DNA of 64,000 nucleotides. Source: Mobula hypostoma. Lineage: Eukaryota. The stretch is from NCBI RefSeq assembly GCF_963921235.1, contig NC_086101.1, positions 10,728,001 to 10,792,000 on the forward strand, given 5' to 3'. The position numbers were made by a program, and so were the translations under genes. The notes beneath the pieces were generated by a model that worked only from the letters and a program-made list of their open reading frames with translations, was not told where the DNA came from and ran no database searches. Positions 37,301 to 47,949 of this stretch are shown here, one piece after another (within the stretch, counting starts at the first letter, position 1; the number at the start of each line of letters is the position of its first letter).

Positions 37301-37653
37301 TGCTTGCCCTGGATTTGTCGGCCTGCCACTTTTACTTTTCCCCTTTGTACTTTTTGCTTCTACGCTCACTTTACACCCCTCTGTCTCTCTGCACTGGTTC
37401 CCATCCCTCTGTTGTGAACTAACCTCCTCACACCTAGCCTCTTTAATTTGATTCCCACCCCCCAACCATTCTAGTTTAAAGTCACCTCAGTAGCCCGCGC
37501 TAATCTCCCTGCCAGGATATTGGTCCCCCTAGGATTTAAGTGTAACCCGTCCTTTTTGTACAGGTCACGCCTGCACCAATAGAGGTCCCAATGATCCAAA
37601 AACTTGAATCCCTGCCCCCTGCTCCAATCCCTCAGCCACGCATTTATCCTCCA
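34370..37653 (-). mobile_element. Young 5'-truncated CR1 LINE (ORF1 3' end, intact ORF2, 3' UTR, (TTTCTATG)n tail)
   Basis: Inserted in an older CR1 at ...AGGAGAT|GTCAGG with a short AGAT duplication. The ORF1 remnant ends DGLHLN...TLN* at 37471. Confidence 0.95.
34466..37465 (-). CDS. CR1 ORF2 polyprotein (APE endonuclease + reverse transcriptase), uninterrupted 999 codons, no N-terminal AUG
   Basis: All motifs present: [59 protein letters not shown]. The track start codon is TTG. Confidence 0.95.
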   Translation of the reverse strand: MGGGNQIKEARCEEVSSQQRDGNQCRETEGCKVSVEAKSTKGKSKSGRPTNPGQALKRAKRVVKERLKALCVNARSIRNKVDELKVQIVINDYDIVGITETWLQGDQGWELNIQGYSIFRRDRHEGRGGGVALLVKKEINAIERKDISREDVESIWVELRNTKGQKTLVGVVYRPPNSSSEVGDGIKQEIRNVCNKGTAVIMGDFNLHVDWVNQIGKGADEEDFLECMRDGFLNQHVEEPTRERAILDWVLSNEEGLISDLVVRGPLGKSDHNMVEFFINMESDIVNSETKVLNLKRGNFEGMSRELAKIDWQMTFKGLTVEMQWQAFKGCMDELQQLFIPVWQKNKSRKVVHPWLTREIRDSINSKEVAYKLARESGSPEDWEKFRVQQRRTKGLIRKGKKDYERKLAENIKTDCKSFYRYVKGKRLIKTNVGPLQTETGELIMGSKDMADQLNNYFGSVFTKGDINNLPEIVRDRGSSEMEELSEIHVSREVVLGKLKGLKADKSPGPDGLHPRVLKEVAQEIVDALVIIFQNSLDSGLVPEDWRVANVTPLFKKGGREKPGNYRPVSLTSVVGKLLESVIKDVITAHLESGEMIGQSQHGFVKGKSCLTNLIEFFEDVTSRVDRGEPVDVVYLDFQKAFDKVPHRRLVCKLKAHGIGGKVLVWVENWLADRKQRVGINGTFSEWQAVTSGVPQGSVLGPQLFTIYINDLDEGIKCSISKFADDTKLGGSVSSEEDAKRMQGDLDRLDEWANSWQMQFNVDKCEVIHFGGKNRKTDYYLNGGRLGKGEVQRDLGVIIHQSLKVGMQVQQAVKKANGMLAFIARGFEYRSREVLLQLYKALVRPHLEYCVQFWSPNLRKDIFAIEGVQRRFTRLIPGMAGLSYEERLDELGLYSLEFRRLRGDLIETYKILKGLDRLDAGRLFPMLGRSRTRGHSLRIEGKPFRTEIRKNFFTQRVVNLWNSLPQQTVEAGSLAVFKRKLDMALVATGVRGYGGKAGF

Positions 37654-39109
37654 GATGTCAGGGGTAAGTTTTTTACTCAGTGTTGAGTGTGTGGAATCGG
37701 CTGTCGGCAACGGTGGTGGGGGCGGATATGGTAGGGTCTTTTAAGAGAGTTTTGGATAGGTACATGGAGCTCAGAAATTACTAGGCTTACCCATTACCCT
37801 CTATTTTTCTAAGATAGGGATATGTTCGGCACAACTTTGTGGGCCGAAGGGCCTGCATTGTACTGTAGGTTTTCTATGTTTTAATGAAGACTTTGCTTCA
37901 GTATTAACTACTGAGAGAGAGACAATGATTTTTCTGAGAACAGCACAAAACAGGCTGATATGCTAGAACATTGACATTCAGAAAGAGGATGTGCTGGTTG
38001 TTTAGTAAAGTATTAGGATGGATAAGACCACAGTCTATACCACAGGTTACTATGGGAAGTGAGGGAAGAGATTTCTGTGCCTTTGGTGGTTATCTTTGTC
38101 TCCTCATTTGTCACAGTAGTGGTGCCATATGCCTGGAGAGTGGCATATTAAACTAATTTGACAGGGGAATGGGAACCGGAGTGATCGTGCTGAGGATGAG
38201 GTAGTTGGTTTACAAACAGAGGCAGTGTGCAGTGAGACTCCTGGCGAGGAGAGGCTGATGATAGGGGAAAATGGCAGTTAACAGGGTGAGTTGTGAATTA
38301 AAAGGTGGGCAAAATCTAAAAGGTTGAATACAGGACTGAAGGTGTTAAATTTGAATGTGCGCAGATTACGGAATAAAGTAAATGAACTTGTCGTACAGTT
38401 ACAGATTGGCAAGTATCATGTTGGAGGCATCACTGAATCATGGCTGAAAGAAGAATTTGGCTGTGACCTTAAATGTTCAAGCATGCACATTGTATCGAAA
38501 GGACAGGCAAGAAGGCAGGAGGGGCGGCGTGGCCCTGTTGGTAAAAAATATGAAATCACATCACATCATTAGAAGGAGGGGACATCAGATCGGAAGGTTT
38601 TGAATAATTGTGGATAGAGCTTTGGAACGGCAAGGGTAAAAAGACCTTGATGGGAGTTGTATACAAACCCCAAACAGTAGTTTGTGGTCTGCAAGCTACA
38701 ACAGGGGATAGAAGGTGCATGCCGAAAGGGGCAACGATACAAGGGGGGGTTTCAATGTGCCGGTAGATTGGGAAAATCAGGTTGGTGTGGGATTCCAAGA
38801 GAGGGAATTTCTACGATGCCGAAGAGGTGGCTTTTCAGAGCAGCTAATGGCTGAGATCAGCTATTCTAGACTGGCTGAGATGAAATGGAATAAATTAGAA
38901 AGCTTAAGGTAAAAGAACCCTTTGAGGGGAAGTGACCATAATAAGTTTGAATTCACACTGAAATTTGAGAAGGAAAAGCAAAATTCTGATATATCAGTAT
39001 TACAGTGGAATAAAGGGAATTGCAGAGGCATGAGAGAGGAGTTGGCCATAATTCATTGGAAAAGGACACTGGCAGGGATGGCAGCGGAGCAGGAATGGCT
39101 GGGATTCAG

Positions 39110-42100
39110 AGAAGGAAGTCTGAGAATCGGAGCGGGAGTGCGGAGGAAGCCATTTTAAAATTTGTCGGGTTTTTTTTCCATCGGCGTTCAGAGAGGCGGC
39201 ACTGCGCAGGTGTGTGATGTCGGGGCGTGAAGTGTGGAAGATTTAAAAGGAACACAGCCGTGTACAGTGGGCAGCGTAGTTTGCGGGCTGCAGAGTGAGC
39301 CGGGGCACAGTGAAGGCTTAAGGGCTTCGGCTCAACGGGCTTAGGCGGAAACGGTTGAGGCGAAGAGGGTTTGGTGTTCATTTTTTGTTGTTATTTGAGG
39401 AGAGAGTTGTATGAGTGTGAGGGCAGCTTGTTGTTCTCGGTGCCAGACGTGGGAGATCCTGGAGTCTCCAAGCCTCCCGAACGTCCACATCTGCGCCGAG
39501 ATGCGGCTCCTAAGGGTCCGCATTAGGGAACTGGAGATGCAGCTCGATGACCTTCGTCTGGTCAGGGAGAGTAAGGAGTTGTTAGAGGTGTTACAGGCAG
39601 GTGGTCACACCGGGGCCACGGGAGGCAGACAAGTGGGTCACGGCTAGGAGGGGGAAGAGGAAGAGTCAGGTAATAGAGAGTACCCCAGTGACTGTGCCCC
39701 TCGACAATAGGTACTCCTGTTTGAGTACTGTTGGGGGGGACAGCTTACCCGTGGGAAGCGACAGTGGCCGTGCCTCCGGCACAGAGTCCGGCCCTGTATC
39801 TCAGAAGGGTAGGGAAAGGAAGAGGAGGGTAGTAGTAACAGGGGACTCGATAGTAAGGGGGTCAGATAGGCGATTCTGTGAATGCAGTCCGCAGACCCGG
39901 ATGGTAGTTTGCCTCCCAGGTGCCAGGGTCCGGGATGTTTCTGATCGCGTCCAAGATATCCTGAAGTGGGAGGGTGAGGAGCCAGAGGTTGTGGTACATA
40001 TAGGTACCAATGACATAGGTAGGAAAAGGGGAGAGGTCCTGAAAGGAGAATATACGGAGTTAGGAAGGGAGTTGAGAAAAAGCACCGCAAAGGTAGGAAT
40101 CTCAGGATTACTGCCTGTGCCATGCGACAGTGTAGGAATGGAATGAGGTGGAGGATAAATGCGTGGCTGAGGGTTTGGAGCAGGGGGAAGTGATTCAAGT
40201 TTTTGGATCATTGGGAGCTCTTTTGGCGCAGGCGTGACCTGTACAAAAAGGACGGGTTGCACTTGAATCCTAGGGGGACCAGTATCCTGGCGGGGAGATT
40301 TGCGAGGGCTACTGAGGTGACTTTAAACTAGAATGGTTGCGGGGTGGGAATCAAATTAAAGAGACTAGGAGAGAGGAGGTTAGTTCACGAATAGAGAAAG
40401 CTAGTAGACTGTGTGTGAGGGAGGATAGGCAGGGGACAGAGATCAGGAGCACTCAGACCAAAGATGTAGGGGACAAGGAAGAAAAAGATAACAAAGTTGT
40501 TTTCTCCATTAAGGATAAAACGAGAGTAAGAGGTGGAGAGTTTCTTAAATGCATCTATTTTAATGCTCGGAGCATTGTAAGAAAGGGGGATGTGCTTACA
40601 GTATGGATTGATACCTGGAAATATGACGTTGTAGCTATTAGTGAAACGTGGTTGCAGGAGGAGTGTGATTGGCAACTAAATATTCCAGGATTTCGTTGCT
40701 TCAGGTATGATAGAATAGGGGGGGCAAGAGGGGGAGGTGTTACATTGCTTGTCAGGAAAAAATATAACAGCGGTGCTCTGGCAGAATAGATTAGTGGACT
40801 CGTCCAGGGAGGCTATTTGGGTGGAACTGAGGAATAGGAAAGGTGTATTGACACTTATAGGGGTGTATTATAGACCACCTAATGGGGACCGAGAATTGGA
40901 GGAGCAAATTTGTAAGGAGATGGCAGATATTTGTAGTAAGCACAAGGTTGTGATTGTGGGAGATTTTAATTTTCCACACGTAGACTGGGAAGCCCATTCT
41001 TTAAAAGGGCTGGATGGTTTGGAGTTTGTCAAATGTGTGCAAGATAGTTTTCTGCAGCAATACACAGAGGTACTAACTAGAGAAGGGGCAGTGTTGGATC
41101 TCCTGTTAGGGAATGAGATAGGGCAGATGACAGAGGTATGTGCTGGGGAGCACTTCAGGTCCAGTGATCACAATACCATTAGTTTCAATATAATTATGGA
41201 GAAGGATATGACTGGACTCAGTTTCAGATTTTTGATTGGAGAAAGGCTAACTTTGAGGAGATGCGAACAGATTTAGAAGGAGTGGATTGGGACAATTTGT
41301 TTTATGGGAAGGATGTAATAGAGAAATGGAGGTCATTTAAAGATGAAATTCTGACGGCACAGGATCTTTATGTTCCTGTTAGGTTGAAAGGAAAGGTTAA
41401 AAGCTTGAGAGAGCCATGGTTTTCAAGGTTTATAGGAAACTTGGTTCGGAAAAAGAGAGGGATCTATAATAAATATAGGCAGCTTGGAGTTAATGAGGTG
41501 CTCGAGGAATATAAAGAATGTAAAATGAATCTTAAGAAAGAAAATAGAAAAGCTAAAAGAAGATACGAGGCAGCTTTAGCAAGTAAGGTGAAAATAAATC
41601 CAAAGGGTTTCTACAGTGATATAAATAGCAAAAGGATAGTGAGGGATAAAATTGGCCCCTTGGAGAATCAGAGTGGACGGCTATGTGCGGAGCCAAAAGA
41701 GATGGGGGAGATTTTGAATAATTTCTTTTCTTCGGTATTCACTAAGGAGAAGGATATTGAATTGTGTAAGGTAAAGGAAACAAGAAGTGTAGTTATGGAA
41801 AGTATGACAATTAAAGAAGAGGAAGTACTGGTGCTTTTAAGGAATATAAATATGGATAAGTCTCCAGGTCAGGACAAAATATTCCCTAGGACCTTGAGGG
41901 AAGTTAGTGTGGAAATAGCAGGGGCTCTGACAGAAATATTTCAAATGTCATTAGAAACGGGGATGGTGCCGGAGGATTGGCATATTGCTCATGTGGTTCT
42001 ATTGTTTAAAAAGGGTTCTAAGAGTAAACCTGGCAATTATCGGCCTGTGAGTTTGACGTCAGTGGCGGATAAATTGATGGAAAATATTCTTAGAGATGGT

Positions 42101-43420
42101 ATATATAATTATCTGGATAGACAGGGTCTGATTAGGAACAGTCAACATGGATTTGTGCGTGGAAGGTCATGTTTGACAAATCTTATTGAATTTTTTTGAT
42201 GAGGTTACTGAGAAAGTTGACGAAGGTAAAGCGGTGGATGTTGTCTGTATGGACTTCAGTAAGGCCTTTGATAAGGTTCCAAGTGGCAGGTTAGTTAGGA
42301 AGGTTCAATCATTAGGCATTAATATTGAAGTAGTAAAATGGATTCAATAGTGGCTGGATGGGAGATGCTAGAGAGTAGTGTTGGATAACTGTGTGTCACA
42401 TTGGAGGACGGTGTGTAGTGGTGTGCCTCAGGGATCTGTACTGGGTCCAATGTTGTTTGTCGTATATATTAATGATCTGGATGATGGGGCGGTAAATTAG
42501 ATTAGTAAGTATGCAGATGATACTAAGATAGGTGGAGTTGTGGATGATGAAGTAGGTTTTCAAAGCTTGCAGAGAGATTTAGGCCAGTTAGAAGTGTGGG
42601 CTGAAAGATGGCAGATGGAGTTTAATGCTGAAAAACATGAGGTGCTACATTTTGGTAGGAATAATCAAAATAGGACATACATGTTAAATGGTAGGGCATT
42701 GAAGAATGCAGTAGAACAGAGAGATCTAGGAATAATGGTGCATAGTTCCCTGAAGGAGGAATATCATGTGGATAGGGCGGTGAAGAAAGCTTTTGGTATG
42801 CTGGCCTTTATTAATCAGAGCATTGAGTATAGGAGTTGGGATGTAATGTTGAAATTGTATAAGGCATTGGTAAGGCCAAATTTGGAGTATTGTGTGCATT
42901 TCTGGTCACCGAATTATAAGAAAGATGTCAATAAAATTGAGAGAGTACAGAGTAGGTTTACTACAATGTTGCCTGGGTTTCATCTCCTAAGTTACAGAGA
43001 AATGTTGAACAAGTTGGGTCTTTATTCTTTGGAGAGTAGAAGGTTGAGAGGGGACTTGATAGAAGTGTTTAAAATTATGAGAGGGATTGATAGAGTTGAT
43101 GTGGATAGTTTTTTTTTCCATTGAGAGTGGGGAAGATTCAAACAAGAGGGCAGGAGTTGAGAGTTGAAGGGCAAAAGTTTAGGGGTAACATGAGGGAGAA
43201 CTTTTTTACTCAGAGTGGTGGCTGTGTGGAACGAGCTTCTAGCAGAAGTGGTTGAGGCAGGTTTGATGTTGACGTTTAAAGTTAAATTGGATAGATATAT
43301 GGACAGGAAAGAAATGGAGGGTTATGGACCGAGTGCAGGTCGGTGGGACTAGGTGAGAGTAAGAGTTCGGCACAGACTAGAAGGGCCGAGATGGCTTGTT
43401 TCCGTGCTGTAATTGTTATA
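39110..43420 (+). mobile_element. Full-length CR1 LINE (5' UTR, ORF1 zinc finger/leucine zipper + esterase, ORF2, 3' tail), inactivated
   Basis: CpG-rich 5' UTR; ORF1 ATG at 39411 (CCSRC...LEMQLDDLRL, GDSIVRG, HIGTNDIG); ORF1 stop at 40329-40331; ORF2 pieces 40337-43124 with stops and frameshifts. Confidence 0.93.
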
Positions 43421-45855
43421 TGATACAAAGGTCATTTGTCTTTGGAATTTTCTGCACTGGAGGGCTGTGGGGTCAGTCACTCAGTTCATTTAAAGTCAGA
43501 GTCTTCATCATACAGCACGGAAACAGGCCCTTCGAGCCATCACCTCCGTGCTGACCTATTTATCCATCTACATTCATTGTATTGGCCGGCATTAGGTCAG
43601 TCTCCTTCTGTGCCTTGTCCGTTGTAGTGTCTGTCTGAGTGTCTTTTAAACACAGTGATTGCATCTGATTCTATCACCTCCTCTTGCAGCGGATTCCAAC
43701 ATCAATCACTCACTGTTCAAATAAACTCACCTTTAAACTCCTTCCTCTCACTTCAGGCATTTGTATTGTATTTGATCCCACTCCTATGGGATGAAGACTT
43801 CAACCATCTGTTCAATCTATGCTCCTCATAACCTTATATATTTCTGTCTGATCAACATTTACCTGCATTTGTCCTATATCTTTCCAAACTTTCCCTGTCA
43901 TCATTTCTCTGTCCCAGGCCTCAACTCTTCTGTGCCAGTTCCACGGAGCCCTCAGTTCTCCCGTGTTACAGGAGATGATCGACCTCATTTTCTACCACAT
44001 AACAGAAGCCAATGTGCTGCAGTTCCTAAAATGCAGAAAGGTCGATAAATCACCAGGTCCTGATCAAGTGTATCCCAGGACCTTGTGGGAAGCTCAGTAA
44101 GAAATTGCGGGGGCCCATTTGGAGGTACGTGTATCATTGATAGCTACAGGTAAAAGGTCAGAAATCTGGAGATGACTATTGAAGACAGGCTGTAGGGAAA
44201 AGCCTGGGAAGTACAAACCGTTGAACCTAATGTTGCTTGTGGATACACTAATGGAGGAGATTCTGAGAGACAGGATCTACATTCATTTGGAAAGGCGAGG
44301 ACTAATCGGGGATACCCAGCTTGGCTTTCTGCATGGATGGAGATGATGGAAGTGCAGTACGCATTGTCTAGATGGACTTTAACAAGGTATTTGACAAGGT
44401 ACTTCATGGTGGACTATTCCAGAGAGTTGGATCACATGGGCTACACTACAGTCTGGCCAATTGGATACAGAATTGGCTGGGTGGAGTCCTGTGTCCGGTG
44501 GTGTGCTGCAGGGATCGGTGCTGGGTCCACTGTTTTTCATAATTCATATGACTGATTTGCAGAGAATGTAGGTGACATGTTTAGTATGTTTGAGGAGGAG
44601 TTTAAAATCAGTGGTGCAGTGGACTGTGAAGCAAGTTATATAATTATTAATTTTCAGATATAGTGTGAAATGGTCCCTTTCAGCTCAGCAAGTCACACTG
44701 CCCAGCAACCAAGCTATTTAACACTAGCCGAGTCACAGAACAATTTACAATGGCCAGTTAACCCACTAACCAGCAGCTGGACAAAACCCCTGCGGTCGTG
44801 GGGTGAACAGAGGCCCTCCTTACAGACAGTGCCAGAACTGAACCCCAAGTTCTGGAAGGCCCCAAGGTGTAATCGTTGCGCTATCTGCAACGTTACCATG
44901 ACAACCCTGAACATCACCATCATGCCCGTGGGTTTATCCAATATTACAACGGGATCTTCATCAGCTGGGCCGCTGAATGGCAGATGAATTTTAATTCAGA
45001 GAGATGTGGCTTTTGGTTAGTCAAACCAGGACAGGATATACACAGGAATCAGTGGGTCCCTGGAGAGTGTAGAGGAACAGAGAGACTAGGAGGTGATTGC
45101 CTTCATCAGTCAGAATACTGAGTGCTTAAACTGGGACGTCACGTGATGTGTGTACAAGACATTGGGAAGGCCACATTTGGAGCAATGTGTACAGTTCTGG
45201 TTATTTCCAAAGGGAATGCTGTCATTAAACTGAGAGGGAATAAAACAGATTTACAGGGACATTACCAGGACTGGAGGGTTTGGTTTACAAGGAGAAGCTG
45301 CGACTTTCCCTGGAGCTTAGGAAGCTACCAGAGGAAGTTTAAGGGAATAATGGATACACACAGGCAAGTGGGACAAACTCATTGAAGCAAGTTGGCCAGG
45401 ATGACTGAATTCGGCCGAACAGACTCCCTGACCACCTCTTTAAATGCCTCCAGTTTTCACTCACCCTGTCCTCATCTGCATCCAGTTGTTGCTGCATCCT
45501 TCTTCACATCCGTTTCCGCTGGCTCTCTCCCCTTTCTTCCCATTCTTGATGCTGGCTTTCAGCGTCAAACATCGATTGTCTGCCTCCTTCGCTACATGCT
45601 GCTTCACCCACTGAGATCCTGCAGAATTTTGTTGTGTTGATCGTGAAAACTCCGCTCACTATCCCGGTTAAAAATCTAGGGAAGATGCTGGTTGTCTATA
45701 CGTTTTGGTTTGGTAAAACGCCGGGAAAGTTTTTGTCAGCCACCCGACTGAGCCTGAGGCCTAGCGGCCTCTCCCCCGGTCCGGTCCTGGGGCCACACTG
45801 CCCGAGTCTCCCCCCGATCCCCGGGGACTCTCTAATTCTCTGCTTCTCCCCCCAG

Positions 45856-46388
45856 TCTCTGTCACCCTGGATGTGGAAACGGCGAATCCGTGGCTCAAGG
45901 TATCTGAGGATCGGAAGAGTGTGAGATGGACCGGGACCCGGAGGAATCTCCCTGACACCGGGAAGAGGTTCACATACTGGTTTTGTGTGCTGGGATCGGA
46001 GGGATTCACATCGGGGAGACATTACTGGGAGGTGGAGGTGACGGGGAATCAGTGGTGGAGGCTTGGAGTCGCCGCAGAGTCTGTGGAGAGGAAGGGAGGG
46101 GTCACACCGAGACCGGAGACCGGATTCTGGATCATCAGGCGGCATGATGACGAGATGTGGGTTCTCACTTCCCCTGCGTCCCGTCTCCCTGCCGATCCCA
46201 TCCCCGATAGGGTGGGTGTTTATCTCAGTTACGAGTCCGGGACAGTTTCATTTTATAACGCGGAGACCAAGTCCCATCTCCACACCTTCGCTGGGAATAA
46301 ATTCACGGAGAAACTTTATCCTTTCTTCTGGACTGGATATAAAAACCAATGGCTGAGAATCTGTTCCGGTTCCGCTCTGGGTCTGTAA
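45856..46388 (+). CDS. B30.2 (PRY/SPRY) terminal exon, probable last exon of the butyrophilin-like gene
   Basis: Acceptor tgcttctccccccAG, phase 1. Translates VSVTLDVETANPWLKVSEDRKSV...CVLGSEGFTSGRHYWEVEV...RVGVYLSYESGTVSFYN...KLYPFF, ending in TAA. Domain call is secure; linkage to the upstream exons is inferred. Confidence 0.88.
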
Positions 46389-46453
46389 ATGGGTCGGGTC
46401 CCGGGACCGGCGTCAGGAGTAAGTCAGTGTAAATATAAATGTGCGGAGTGTGA

Positions 46454-46459
46454 AATAAA
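46454..46459 (+). promoter_or_regulatory. Candidate polyadenylation signal AATAAA
   Basis: First AATAAA after the B30.2 stop codon, about 65 nt downstream. Confidence 0.45.
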
Positions 46460-46964
46460 CACGATGTGAGAATTATCGATCCATTAATTTTAACTCGTTC
46501 ACCGCATCCGTTAACGGAACAGAAACACTGCGGATTCAGCAGCAGCCGCGGGCGGCGGGTCCTGAGCTCCCCGGCTCCCCCGGGTGCTAAAGTCCACCGG
46601 GACTGACAGGGTAACCGGGACAAGTGGTGGTGAAGCTGACTGGGAGAGGGAGGTCAGGGTGAATCTTCGGGGACGGGACAGGGACCGGTGGTAACACACA
46701 AAGTGCCAAAGAATCGGTACAGAAAGGTGGAAGGAAGGGGGAGTAAAAGCTGACAGCTGATCCGGATGAGGGAGGGCTGGAGTGTGGAAATGTGTCAGAA
46801 GCTGGGAGGGGAGAGGTGGTGAAGACAAAGATGATGGAATCTGGTCGGAGGGGGAAGTGGAGACTGGAATAAAGAGAGGGAGCTGGGGAGGAGTGTTGGT
46901 GTCGGGAAGGTGGAGAGGGTGGGAAAGAAAAGGCCCACAAGTTTCCTGTGGGATTATAATTGTG

Positions 46965-47880
46965 GAATTGGGTTCCTATTTCTTTAATCTTCCTGGTGGC
47001 CTCTAGGATGTGATCTGTGAAGTGAGTTCTGTTCTCCTGATTCATCTCGTATGTCATTGCAACATTCTTGTCCATTCTCGGCACACATGGTTCCTTTCTC
47101 GGATAAAGCAAAATCCAAAGCCGTTTGGGTTTGCAATGCCACTGTTTGGACCGGCACCAATTCTGACGACAATTTAGATATTGCTTATTGACTTGGATCG
47201 ATACATAAGCAGTTTAATTTACTAACTTTTTCCAGTGCTGATGTCATGTTAATCAGTTCCTGTGCTGCTTTACCAGCTCCCTAGGCAGGTGTTATATTCT
47301 CCAGGAACAACACTACCCTTTTTTCCGTGGGGTTATTGTCTGAACACTGGCTGTTTCCAAATTTACATCCCCATCCCCAGTGACATTCTGGCCATCCGAT
47401 AAGGGGATGAAGGGTCTATGTTTCTCAGTCCCATCATCATTGTACCAGAAATACCCTGGGCTGAGGGCTCGGACCAATTAAAGTCACAGTTCATCTTTGT
47501 TTCAGTGAAGGACGCATCCATTTCTACATGTGCCAGGACAGCCGTACACACCCAGCAGCTTGAGTGTTCGTGGCAGGGAAAGGACACGATCTAATCCGAC
47601 TGCCATGGGTAGGCACCATCTTACAGTGAGAGGTGTGAATCCATGACGGTTTGTCTCTTACTTTAATGACTGCATTAGTGCCCAGCAAAATCTGAAATGG
47701 CCCTTCAAATCGAGGTTCCAAACAGTTCTTTCTTTTTAACATCCGCACCACCACGTAGTCTTCGGGTTCAATGTCGTGGCATTTAAGGCCCACCCTACAG
47801 GTTTCTGGGTTTTTAGCTGCTGATGATATTTAGTGATGCTGCACAACTTTCATTTCTCTGGTAGCTTTAGCAGTTGACCA
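46965..47880 (-). mobile_element. Endogenous retrovirus remnant: integrase C-terminus plus deleted gamma-type env
   Basis: LEPRFEGPFQILL...VRDKPSWIHTSHCK (integrase end), SSCWVC (SU CxxC), and VALQTQTALDFALSEKGTMCAENGQECC (ISD-like segment plus CX6CC). Confidence 0.85.
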
Positions 47881-47949
47881 AGTGCTCTCGTAGTGCAGCC
47901 CACATCTGAGACCAACTTATGCACAAAAAGATCCCAGGTAGCCACCATA

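Noticed and set aside
34848..37451. Several plus-strand ORFs of 70-200 aa
   Set aside because: They are antisense shadows of CR1 ORF2, and similar shadows recur over other CR1 copies.
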